Below, in pieces: positions 42,833 to 51,320 of a stretch of DNA of 64,000 nucleotides. This DNA is from Flavobacteriales bacterium. Lineage in GTDB: Bacteria; Bacteroidota; Bacteroidia; Flavobacteriales_D; Sanyastnellaceae. The position numbers and the translations under genes were made by a program. Location: NCBI GenBank assembly GCA_947442505.1, contig CANEVR010000001.1, positions 30,305 to 94,304 of the forward strand. The letters are read 5' to 3'. The notes under the pieces were generated by a model. The model was not told the origin of the DNA, ran no database searches, and was given only the letters and a program-made list of their open reading frames with translations. Position 1 is the stretch's first letter; each line of letters starts with the position of its first letter.

Positions 42833-42837
42833 TTCCT

Positions 42838-43872
42838 ATGCAAGAACAAATCATCATCTTTATAAAATCTCCCCTACAGTCCATTTGGTATGCGGAGATC
42901 CCCAATTACCCTGGCGCCCATGACGATTTAGAAATGGTTGACTCAGCGGGTACTTTCTTGTCGCAATTGGACAAAGGACTGGGTATCGTACAAGTCAAAA
43001 TCAGCGATGAGCCCGATGATATGGTCGATGTCATCTTGGAGAAAACAGAAGAGACCAAGGACGAAAAAGGAGCCCACTACAATATCGCTTCTGGCTACCA
43101 ACACGTGGATTCTATTTGGCTATGTGGAGTTTTGGAATATGTATTCGGAACATTCCCTAACCACCTTTATTTGGAAATACTCCCCATACAGGAATGCAGA
43201 GACATCACTGAGGAGGCCTTTTTCAAAGCGGGTCGCCATTACCAATTGGATGAGAACAGAGTGAACAGAGAATGGAATTTGTTGTCCCGAACCAATAAGT
43301 GGCGGTTCTGGCATTTCTTAGCTTTATGGGCAGATTACGCCAATGAGCGGAAAATGGGTTGGATGCCAGGGGATAGACAAATGTTTCAATTCGAAAGTTT
43401 TAGATATTTCATGCCAGAGAATAAACTCAAGAACTGCCTGACTTTCCCTGAGCTATATATTTCTACCACCAAAAACTTTCCTTATCAATTCCCCATTGTT
43501 ATCAACCATGAAAATATCCAAGAACTAAAAGCGTTCATTCAGGATTATTTCAAAAACGAGGTACCTTTTGTTGAAGTCTATTCCTATCTCGATGTGGCTT
43601 GGAGCAAATTGGAAGTTCAAGAGGCAGATGTATATATTGAAGATGTCATGGAAAAGGCCTTTAACATAACGCAGTGGGATTACAACGAGATTGATTTGTG
43701 GCGAAGGGTTGTTGGCAAAAAAGACAAATGGTCCAAGGCACTGCTGTATGGCAATTTGAATATGCATCAAAAGGAACAAATGGAAGAATTGGAAAACACC
43801 ATTCACCAAACACCCCCTAGCATCAATGAGAAAGTGTGGTGGGAGTTGCATGAAAAAATGAAAAAACAATAA
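42838..43872 (+). CDS. hypothetical protein, 344 aa
   Basis: Long ORF, tightly spaced between the 100-aa ORF and the DUF2779 gene. No motif recognised. Confidence 0.65.
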   Translation: MQEQIIIFIKSPLQSIWYAEIPNYPGAHDDLEMVDSAGTFLSQLDKGLGIVQVKISDEPDDMVDVILEKTEETKDEKGAHYNIASGYQHVDSIWLCGVLEYVFGTFPNHLYLEILPIQECRDITEEAFFKAGRHYQLDENRVNREWNLLSRTNKWRFWHFLALWADYANERKMGWMPGDRQMFQFESFRYFMPENKLKNCLTFPELYISTTKNFPYQFPIVINHENIQELKAFIQDYFKNEVPFVEVYSYLDVAWSKLEVQEADVYIEDVMEKAFNITQWDYNEIDLWRRVVGKKDKWSKALLYGNLNMHQKEQMEELENTIHQTPPSINEKVWWELHEKMKKQ

Positions 43873-43892
43873 GAACAAACAAAAAAAACAAT

Positions 43893-45830
43893 ATGAACAA
43901 CTTGAACAAAAAATTCTATTACGACGATTTCAGTCGAAAGTATCCCATGAGCAGTCTGATTGTCAACAGCAAGTCTAAAATGCTGACCAAATCCAAATTC
44001 AAATTGGGTTTGGAATGCACAGGTAAGCTGTTTTACTCGTTGGATAAACAATACAACAATGTTCAAATGGACGACAGCTTCATGAAATCACTGGCAGAAG
44101 GCGGATTTCAAGTTGAAGAATATGCGCGTCAGCATTACCCTGGAGGCATCTTCATTGAAGCCGATCATCACGAGTATGCTTTTGCCCATGAAGACACGAT
44201 GCAACTACTGAGAAAAAGAGAGCATGTTGTTCTCTTTGAGGCAGGATTCAAGTTTGAGCATCTTTTTATTCGTGCAGACATCGTTGTTAAAAAAGGCAAC
44301 CACATTCAATTGTTGGAAGTAAAGGCCAAGTCTTATGATGAACACAATACCAAGAAGGCCATCTTAAAAGACAATGGCCAATTGAGCTCTGAATGGAAAC
44401 CCTACTTGTTTGATCTTGCCTTTCAGACCTATGTGATGCAACAATGTTTACCCGGCTATACCATCGAGTCATTCTTGATTTTGGCGGATAAGAATAAGGT
44501 GGCAAAGGTTGATGGCTTAAACCAAAACTATCGTGTCACACAATCACCTGATGTTCCAAGACACATTGCGGTGATGGATGCCTCGCCGGTAGATTGGCAA
44601 GATTCTATCCTTATCCGCTTGGATCAAACCGAGGTGGTTCGCCGCATCTTGAACAATGAAGAAGATTACAGACCGGGATATTCCTTTCACCAGGCCTTGG
44701 CGGAGATGATTCCCATTGTCAGAGATCGCATTTACCCCAACCATCAGGTCAAACAAAGTACTTGCAAGAAATGTGAATTCAGGAAAAAGGACTTCAGTGA
44801 TGCTGGTGTATCGGGTATGGAGCGTTGTTTTAAAGAACAAAGAGGTATAAATCCTGAAGCATTGTATGAACCCAACTTGTTGGATGTTTGGGATTTGAGA
44901 AATAGTCAATTGTTCGATGCTGGTCATTTCGCCTTGTCCGAAATCACCGAAGATCTATGGGCCAAAGAGGAAAAAGAAGATCATTTCTCGCACTCCCACC
45001 GGCAATGGGTTCAGATAGCCGCAACGCAGACGGCACCTGCCACCCATGTTTTGGCTGCCCCTCTGCGCGAAGAGATGAAAACATGGCAGTTCCCTTTGCA
45101 CTTCATCGATTTTGAGACCACTCGATCAGCGCTGCCCTTTTATGCAGGCAGAAAACCATACGAGCAGATTGCTTTTCAATATTCACATCACATCATGCAA
45201 TCCGATGGCAGCGTGGTACATCAAGGGCAATCATTGGTGGCCAATGGGAGCTTTCCCAACTTTGCCTTCATTCGCCAGTTACGCGATAGTCTGCAACAGG
45301 ACAAAGGCAGCGTCATGACTTATTCCCAACACGAGAACACCGTGGTAAAGGAAATCAAAGAACAACTGCTTCGTTCACAAGAAGCGGATCGCGATGAATT
45401 GATCGCCTTTATTGACGAATTGATGGAGGGACGCTTGGTGGATTTGCTGAAGGTGGTGAAAAAATACTATTATCATCCATACATGAAAGGTTCCAATTCC
45501 ATCAAAGATGTATTGCCCACCATCCTCCGAACCAGTGCGCCTTTGCAAGCCAAGTATGGACAAACCATCGAACAAATCGGATTGAGCAGTTTGAATTTTG
45601 ACTCAACGCACACCTGGTTGCCTGCAGGGGTTACCAATCCATACAAAACACTCACCCATATTCAAGATGGCGGAGCTGCCATGATAGCCTACGCCCGATT
45701 GATGTACACTGACATCAGTGATGAAGATCGGAATGAAAACCAAAAGTCGTTGCTGCAATACTGCGAGTTGGACACCTTGGCGATGGTGATGCTGTATGAA
45801 CATTTAAGAGAACTTACAGGAGAAGAATGA
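43893..45830 (+). CDS. DUF2779 family protein (N-terminal PD-(D/E)xK nuclease-like core plus C-terminal RNase-H-like/exonuclease-like region)
   Basis: Family signatures: LTKSKFKLGLECTGKLFY near the N-terminus, IRADIVVKKGNHIQLLEVKAKS (D ... ExK), HFIDFETTRSALPFYAGRKPYEQIAFQYSHH and YCELDTLAMVMLYEHL. The true start may be an internal Met. Confidence 0.8.
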   Translation: MNNLNKKFYYDDFSRKYPMSSLIVNSKSKMLTKSKFKLGLECTGKLFYSLDKQYNNVQMDDSFMKSLAEGGFQVEEYARQHYPGGIFIEADHHEYAFAHEDTMQLLRKREHVVLFEAGFKFEHLFIRADIVVKKGNHIQLLEVKAKSYDEHNTKKAILKDNGQLSSEWKPYLFDLAFQTYVMQQCLPGYTIESFLILADKNKVAKVDGLNQNYRVTQSPDVPRHIAVMDASPVDWQDSILIRLDQTEVVRRILNNEEDYRPGYSFHQALAEMIPIVRDRIYPNHQVKQSTCKKCEFRKKDFSDAGVSGMERCFKEQRGINPEALYEPNLLDVWDLRNSQLFDAGHFALSEITEDLWAKEEKEDHFSHSHRQWVQIAATQTAPATHVLAAPLREEMKTWQFPLHFIDFETTRSALPFYAGRKPYEQIAFQYSHHIMQSDGSVVHQGQSLVANGSFPNFAFIRQLRDSLQQDKGSVMTYSQHENTVVKEIKEQLLRSQEADRDELIAFIDELMEGRLVDLLKVVKKYYYHPYMKGSNSIKDVLPTILRTSAPLQAKYGQTIEQIGLSSLNFDSTHTWLPAGVTNPYKTLTHIQDGGAAMIAYARLMYTDISDEDRNENQKSLLQYCELDTLAMVMLYEHLRELTGEE

Positions 45831-45838
45831 AATCAAAG

Positions 45839-47089
45839 TCATCTCACAATCTGCAACCGCTGAAATGAAGCTCCTAACTTCAAAAAGTAAATTCCTTCGG
45901 GCAATTGTTCAACGTTGATGACTTGGTTTTCTGAAACGATACGATCACGCATTATCAATTCGCCAAGTGCATTGTACACTTCATATAGTTCACAGGAATT
46001 ACTTTTGTTGATTTTTAAAACAACTGATGAAGACGCAGGATTGGGGAAGAGTTGAAATCTTGTCTGCGATACCTCCCGGATGTTTTGGGGAACCATACTC
46101 AAAACATTGGAGCGCGAGAAGACCAAGGCGCGGTCGGGATTGCAACTCACCCCTTCCAATTCAATCATGTAATTCCATTCATCTGCTGGAGGATTGAAAT
46201 CGGTGTAGGACAAAATGTTACTGGCCACCGTCGCGATGAGATTCATGCTGCCAACATTATTGCCTCTGTAAATATTGTAACTCGTAAAATCTGCGCCTTC
46301 GTAAGCGGACCAATTGAGATTGATGTTGTTGTTCAATCCGGGGGAGGTGGTCAAATGAATCGTCTTGTGTATCCCTCCAAAAGGTTCATAAACAAAACCG
46401 CAGCTGTCTTTCAAACCAATCTTGTATCGATTGGCCTGCACCTGCGGATTGGAGTTGATGTCTTCAAAAGTTCCGGATGCTGAGAAATCCACTAACCCAA
46501 TTTGTTCAAAAACATTGAGCACATTCGTTTCTTTGTAAACAACAACCTCTTGCACAACACTATTGGTGACCGGCTCCCAGATAATGTGATTGTATCCTGA
46601 GGTAACATCAACGGTGACCAAACAAATGGTAATAGATGGCGGATTAGAAGGATCGATGCAGCCCGCTCCGCAGGCCAAACATTGGTTCCAACAAACTACA
46701 GGAATGGCAATATTCACATCTCCAATGGTGATGGAACGATTCCCATTGAGCGACTGCGCGCAGAAAACATCTGGAGAAAAAAACTCAGGATTAGACCAAT
46801 CGTTTCCATTAACAAACTTGTATTCATACAGACCTGCAACCAAATCAACAGTCACCGACCAAATTCCATTTCCTCCATCAGCAAGAGCAATGCCACCAGG
46901 ATTCCAATTGGGCAAATCGTTGTCAATTACTCCATCTCCATTGACATCAGAAAAGCTACCCGCCAAATGAACCCCATTGGGACTTACCGTTTGACCGGAC
47001 ATATCCACTTGAAAAGTCACCTGAACCGCATTGGTAATAAAAGACAACCCCAATACCATTAAACAAACCAAACCCATCTTTTTCGTCAT
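45839..47089 (-). CDS. secreted protein with a CBM20/48-like N-terminal beta-sandwich and a type IX secretion C-terminal sorting domain
   Basis: Signal peptide MTKKMGLVCLMVLGLSFITNA. VTFQVDMS...NGVHLAGSF...GNGIWSVTV...YEYKFVNGNDW resembles starch-binding-type modules. The C-terminus FQLFPNPASSSVVL...YEVYNALGELIM...LPEGIYFLKL matches the T9SS CTD (Por_Secre_tail). Confidence 0.8.
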   Translation of the reverse strand: MTKKMGLVCLMVLGLSFITNAVQVTFQVDMSGQTVSPNGVHLAGSFSDVNGDGVIDNDLPNWNPGGIALADGGNGIWSVTVDLVAGLYEYKFVNGNDWSNPEFFSPDVFCAQSLNGNRSITIGDVNIAIPVVCWNQCLACGAGCIDPSNPPSITICLVTVDVTSGYNHIIWEPVTNSVVQEVVVYKETNVLNVFEQIGLVDFSASGTFEDINSNPQVQANRYKIGLKDSCGFVYEPFGGIHKTIHLTTSPGLNNNINLNWSAYEGADFTSYNIYRGNNVGSMNLIATVASNILSYTDFNPPADEWNYMIELEGVSCNPDRALVFSRSNVLSMVPQNIREVSQTRFQLFPNPASSSVVLKINKSNSCELYEVYNALGELIMRDRIVSENQVINVEQLPEGIYFLKLGASFQRLQIVR

Positions 47090-47209
47090 TGCGCTTTATT
47101 TGATAAGTAGGAAATGTAGGTATAGTTACACTTGAACAGAAAAATTTATAAAATGATGTCGCTCCGCTGGAGCTTTGATCTAGGTTCTGACGCTAATTAT
47201 AATCAGTAA

Positions 47210-47229
47210 GGGCGTATTGCAATACGCCC
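47210..47229. repeat. perfect 20-bp palindrome GGGCGTATTGCAATACGCCC
   Basis: Read directly. The reverse complement of the first 10 nt equals the last 10 nt. It is a GC-rich island in an AT-rich intergenic region. Confidence 0.9.
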
Positions 47230-47286
47230 CTACCCCGGAGCTAACGAAATCTCAAAAAGAAGTTAGAATTAATCCCCAACTACTTA

Positions 47287-47410
47287 TCACTTCATCTCCT
47301 CATCACTTCATCTCCTCATCACTTCATCTCCTCATCACTTCATCTCCTCATCACTTCATCTCCTCAACTCCTCATCACTTCATCACTTCATCTCCTCATC
47401 ACTTCATCAC
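47287..47410. repeat. 16-nt tandem repeat TCACTTCATCTCCTCA (5 perfect copies, two half units, one more copy, one partial)
   Basis: Counted directly. The + strand has no G across 47267..47427. The array abuts and overlaps the stop of the Fic gene. Confidence 0.95.
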
Positions 47411-48360
47411 CTTTTCCTCTTCCTAATGTCATGATACTGCATTACGGCTTCTGCCGTGGTGAGCCAATTGCGTCCTTCCTTGTAGCCCGCTATTTTTCCC
47501 TGCCTGACCAATAAACTCAAATACTCTTGTCCATAGGGTACTTCAATCTCTTGAACAATATTGGATATCGGAAGATAACTTTCATTGTCATTGTCCAAAT
47601 GACTGAGGTAAATGTCCAACGACCGCTCAACCGCTTGAAGAATCAACAACAACAATTTCTCGTAGTTGCCTTGATTGGCCTTGTTCAGGGCATCGTAATA
47701 TTTCTTTCTGTCTTGTTGCAGGATGATGGCGGGAGGATAACCCGCACGCATCAGCAACAAGTTGAACATCAAGCGAACCGTTCTGCCATTGCCGTCAAAG
47801 AAAGGATGAATCCAAACCATTCGGTGATGAAACATCATGGCCTTGATCAAAACGGGAATATTGTTTTTTTCATTGACCCATTCCAACAACTCATTCATCA
47901 GGTCATCCACCTTCAGCGCATTGGGTGGTGTGAAATTGGCACCCATGATGCGAACACCGGCATTGCGGTACCTTCCGCCAAACTCCAATTCGATGTTTTT
48001 TAATACAACACGATGGATGTCGAAAATCTGTGATGCAGCAAGCAATCCCTTTTTCTGGACCATGCCTTCCAGAATCTCAATGGCCTCATGGTGGTTGAGG
48101 GTTTCAAAGTGCTCTCTCAAGGTCTTACCTCCTACCGTGATGCCATCCGACAAAACGATGCGGGTTTCCTGTAAGGTCAGCGTATTGCCCTCGATGCCAT
48201 TGGAATGGCAGGTCCATTCCAACATCAGCGACTCCCGCAGCCGATGTATAGCGGCCGATGCAATGGGACGTAATTTATCCAATCGATCTTTTTTCTGATC
48301 AATTCGATCCAGCATAAACTGCCACTTTTCTTGTCCCGTTGGATAATCTTTCCAATTCAT
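47407..48360 (-). CDS. Fic family protein (class II, with an N-terminal inhibitory S-x-x-x-E-G motif)
   Basis: Fic motif HPFFDGNGRTVRL. The upstream SNGIEGN matches the (S/T)xxxE(G/N) inhibitory helix. The C-terminal ~70 aa look like a winged helix. Confidence 0.9.
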   Translation of the reverse strand: MNWKDYPTGQEKWQFMLDRIDQKKDRLDKLRPIASAAIHRLRESLMLEWTCHSNGIEGNTLTLQETRIVLSDGITVGGKTLREHFETLNHHEAIEILEGMVQKKGLLAASQIFDIHRVVLKNIELEFGGRYRNAGVRIMGANFTPPNALKVDDLMNELLEWVNEKNNIPVLIKAMMFHHRMVWIHPFFDGNGRTVRLMFNLLLMRAGYPPAIILQQDRKKYYDALNKANQGNYEKLLLLILQAVERSLDIYLSHLDNDNESYLPISNIVQEIEVPYGQEYLSLLVRQGKIAGYKEGRNWLTTAEAVMQYHDIRKRKR

Positions 48361-48426
48361 AGCGCAAATATCGGATAAATACTTTAATTACACAATCCGA
48401 TATTCATCTATTTTCAAGCTTGATTC

Positions 48427-49542
48427 TTATGGCATAACGAAGCTTCTAAAATTCTCCCGATCGATAACATGACCTTGAGCTTCGTATCCTTTCAAAAAAG
48501 CAGGTGGCAACTTCTTTCCCTTTCCTTTCCATTTGAACTCATATGCTGTAATTGTACCATCTTTTGATTCAACAAAATCGATTTTTTGCTTTTGAATATT
48601 TCGCCAAAAATAGTTTTGTGTATTCCTCAAGTGATAATGCTGATACTTGATTCGTTCCGCGATCAAAAAATTTTCCCACAACGCCCCTTTATCTGATCGC
48701 ACATCTAATGGATTCAAATTGTTGATGAGCATATTGCGAATGCCGTTGTCATAAAAGTAAATTTTTCGATTGAACTTAATCTCATTTCTTTGATTCCCTG
48801 AAAAACTAGACAATTTGAAAACGATGAAAGTTTTCTCTAATAAATCAATATATCTTGCCACAGTTGCTTTATCAACCTCCAACAAATTGGCAAGTTCGTT
48901 GTAAGAGACTTCACTACCCATTTGAAGTGCCAATGCTTTAAGCAGTTTATCCAATAAATCTGGTTTTCTGATTCCTGAAATTGATAAGACATCTTTATAC
49001 AAATAACTTTCTGTAAGGTTCTTCAAAACCAAAGCTGCATCTGATCTATTGTTGATTACATCTGGATACATACCGAAAATCAAACGTTCCTCTAGCTGAC
49101 GTTCTGCATCTAAAAAACCTATATCACCCTCAAATTCCTCCCAACTTATTGGCATTAAATTGAATTCAAACTTTCGTCCTGTCAATGACTCTTGGGTTGC
49201 ATTGTTGATGTCCAATGCCGATGACCCACTGATCATTACTTGAACATCAGAAATCTGATCAATAATAATCTTAGCCAACAACCCAACATTTGGAATTCGC
49301 TGAGCTTCATCGATAAAAACAATTTTCTTTTGACCCATTATTCGCTCTAAAACAGATTTTCCCGCATTGGTCAACAACCCACGCACTTCGGGGTCATCTC
49401 CATCAATGAACAAATAATCCGAATCATTAATGCACAGCTTCACAAGTGTCGTTTTACCCACCTGTCTTGGCCCAATTAAAACAATGGCCTTACCCTTAAA
49501 CATTCTGTCTCGAATGACAGAAAACAAAATTCTCAGTATCAT
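48427..49542 (-). CDS. AAA-type ATPase with DUF4143 (AAA_14 + DUF4143 architecture)
   Basis: P-loop LIGPRQVGKTTLV, Walker B-like IVFIDEAQ, and a C-terminal region typical of DUF4143 ATPases. I chose the start at ATG 49542 (MILRILFSVIRDRMFKGKAIV) over the longest ORF (49665). Confidence 0.8.
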   Translation of the reverse strand: MILRILFSVIRDRMFKGKAIVLIGPRQVGKTTLVKLCINDSDYLFIDGDDPEVRGLLTNAGKSVLERIMGQKKIVFIDEAQRIPNVGLLAKIIIDQISDVQVMISGSSALDINNATQESLTGRKFEFNLMPISWEEFEGDIGFLDAERQLEERLIFGMYPDVINNRSDAALVLKNLTESYLYKDVLSISGIRKPDLLDKLLKALALQMGSEVSYNELANLLEVDKATVARYIDLLEKTFIVFKLSSFSGNQRNEIKFNRKIYFYDNGIRNMLINNLNPLDVRSDKGALWENFLIAERIKYQHYHLRNTQNYFWRNIQKQKIDFVESKDGTITAYEFKWKGKGKKLPPAFLKGYEAQGHVIDRENFRSFVMP

Positions 49543-49695
49543 AATCCCCAAATATAGTATATAATCAGAGAATATAATCCCTAAAAAACATATATAATTG
49601 GGGATTTCAGTTTTCGATTTAAAAAATCGCCCGTTTTCACAACTATATAGAACACTAAAAGACAATCACTTACTTTAAACCCATTCCATTTTGGT

Positions 49696-49747
49696 TAATT
49701 TGGTCAGTGGACGAACCAAATTCACGTGAATTTAGTCAGTAGACTGA
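49696..49747. repeat. two direct copies of AATTTrGTCAGTrGAC (49696..49711 and 49728..49743) with embedded inverted repeats
   Basis: Read directly. AATTTGGT (49696..49703) pairs with ACCAAATT (49714..49721). GTCAGT-AG-ACTGAC is a palindrome at 49734..49747. Confidence 0.7.
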
Positions 49748-49802
49748 CAAAATTTATCCAATCTTCCAACTCTGGCTTTGAATTTGAATCAATAGGGATA
49801 AA

Positions 49803-49828
49803 CCAAAAAAGAGGCTCTCGCCTCTTTT
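49803..49828 (-). terminator. candidate intrinsic terminator downstream of hbd
   Basis: The minus strand reads AAAAGAGGC-GAGA-GCCTCTTTT followed by TTGG, a 9-bp stem with a 4-nt loop and a T-run, 24 nt after the hbd stop. Confidence 0.55.
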
Positions 49829-49851
49829 CCTTTATTGTAAGCAATAACAAA

Positions 49852-50736
49852 CTATTTAAAATGTACAGCTGTTGCTGTCTTGGTTGCTGGATCCACTTTG
49901 TAGAAGCCTTCGCCGCTCTTGTCACCTAGCTTGCCCGCTTGAACCATGTTGACCAACAAGGGACATGGTGCGTATTTGGGATTGCCAAATCCGTCGTGCA
50001 TGACACGCAAGATAGCCAAGCAAACATCCAATCCGATGAAATCCGCCAAACGCAATGGGCCCATGGGATGTCCCATGCCCAACTTCATGACTGTATCAAT
50101 TTCCTCTACTCCAGCCACGCCTTCGAACAAAGTGTAAATGGCTTCGTTGATCATGGGCATCAAAATACGGTTGGCTACAAAACCAGGATAGTCATTGACC
50201 TCGACGGGGACTTTTTGCAATTGCTTGGACATTTCAAACACCGATTCTGTAACCGCGTCTGATGTGCTATAACCACGAATCACCTCCACCAATTTCATGA
50301 CAGGAACGGGATTCATGAAGTGCATGCCTATCACTTGCTCTGGACGCTTGGTTACTGAAGCAATCTTGGTGATTGAAATGGAGCTGGTATTGGAGGCCAA
50401 GATGCAAGCCGCTGGAGCGAACTCATCCATGGATTGAAAAATCTTCAATTTCAAATCCACATTCTCTGTTGCCGCCTCCACTGCTAAATCAGCATTGGCA
50501 ATTCCTGTCTTTAAATCCGTAACCAAACTCAAATTGACCAATGTGGCGTTCTTGGCTGCTTCATCGATGATTCCTTTGGAAACCTGACGATCCAAATTCT
50601 TGGTAATGGTCTGCAAGGCGCGATCCAATTGGGCTTGATTGACATCTACTAAGTTGACCTTGTTGCCATATTGTGCAAAAACGTGAGCAATTCCATTTCC
50701 CATGGTACCTGCTCCGATAACTGTAATATTCTTCAT
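49852..50736 (-). CDS. hbd: 3-hydroxybutyryl-CoA / 3-hydroxyacyl-CoA dehydrogenase
   Basis: N-terminal Rossmann motif ITVIGAGTMGNGIA, and full-length resemblance to the Hbd/PaaH family (SNTSS, MHFMNPVP, GFVANR, GPLRLADFIGLD). Confidence 0.9.
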   Translation of the reverse strand: MKNITVIGAGTMGNGIAHVFAQYGNKVNLVDVNQAQLDRALQTITKNLDRQVSKGIIDEAAKNATLVNLSLVTDLKTGIANADLAVEAATENVDLKLKIFQSMDEFAPAACILASNTSSISITKIASVTKRPEQVIGMHFMNPVPVMKLVEVIRGYSTSDAVTESVFEMSKQLQKVPVEVNDYPGFVANRILMPMINEAIYTLFEGVAGVEEIDTVMKLGMGHPMGPLRLADFIGLDVCLAILRVMHDGFGNPKYAPCPLLVNMVQAGKLGDKSGEGFYKVDPATKTATAVHFK

Positions 50737-50774
50737 GATTTTAATTTCAGGGGCGAAAATACATCAGGATGGTA

Positions 50775-51230
50775 TTACTCCAACTGACGCCAAGCGGTTT
50801 CTCCGTCACGCGTGATTTGTAAGATCCAATACAGCACGGCAACACCGATAAAGGGAACCAAAGCATCTGTCCATTGACGGGTGACCCAAAACAAAAGTGC
50901 TGCGCTGAACATGGAAGAAATAACCACCAAATGAAAACCCAATTTCCTTTTGCGGTACAACAAAATGGTTCCAGCAATGGTGATTAAACCAATGTAGCCT
51001 GACCATTCATAGTATGGCGGATTGAGATAATCGACTCCATCCATCTTGGCCATCATCTCACTCATGGTGATGCTCACCAAACTACTTATTGCATTTCCTA
51101 CAATAAGCAATATCAACCAAGTAACCACACAACCATGTCTTCTACCCGTAGGCGGAATGGTAGGCTGTTCTGGTGTGGTTTTCAAGGGGGCTTGCTCTTC
51201 TTTCTGTTCTGACTCTGTCCAATTTTCCAT
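50775..51230 (-). CDS. membrane protein, 151 aa
   Basis: Four hydrophobic helices. No family recognised. Confidence 0.55.
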   Translation of the reverse strand: MENWTESEQKEEQAPLKTTPEQPTIPPTGRRHGCVVTWLILLIVGNAISSLVSITMSEMMAKMDGVDYLNPPYYEWSGYIGLITIAGTILLYRKRKLGFHLVVISSMFSAALLFWVTRQWTDALVPFIGVAVLYWILQITRDGETAWRQLE

Positions 51231-51320
51231 GGGTCAAAAATAGTTATTTTAATTCTTCCTCGATTTATGGTGTGTTTTTACCCGCTTGGATTATTTTTGT
51301 GCCACTTACGAAATAAAGAT

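Noticed and set aside
47217-47426. 69-aa ORF (…SSPHHFISSSLHLLITSSPHHFISS…)
   Set aside because: It is simply the translation of the 16-nt tandem repeat and the G-free tract. The periodic peptide reflects DNA repetition, not a gene.
1-49700. Calling the whole accessory region an integrative or mobile element or prophage
   Set aside because: I found no integrase, transposase, tRNA target, capsid/terminase/portal genes or conjugation genes in the window, and the left boundary is outside it. It is best described as a defence or conflict island of unknown mobility.
51267-51320. N-terminal extension of the E1-beta ORF (MVCFYPLGLFLCHLRNKD); likewise 52234..52311 for meaB
   Set aside because: Family alignments start at MREIQFREA and MTMSSSQ respectively. 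The meaB extension would overlap the preceding gene and encodes implausible sequence.
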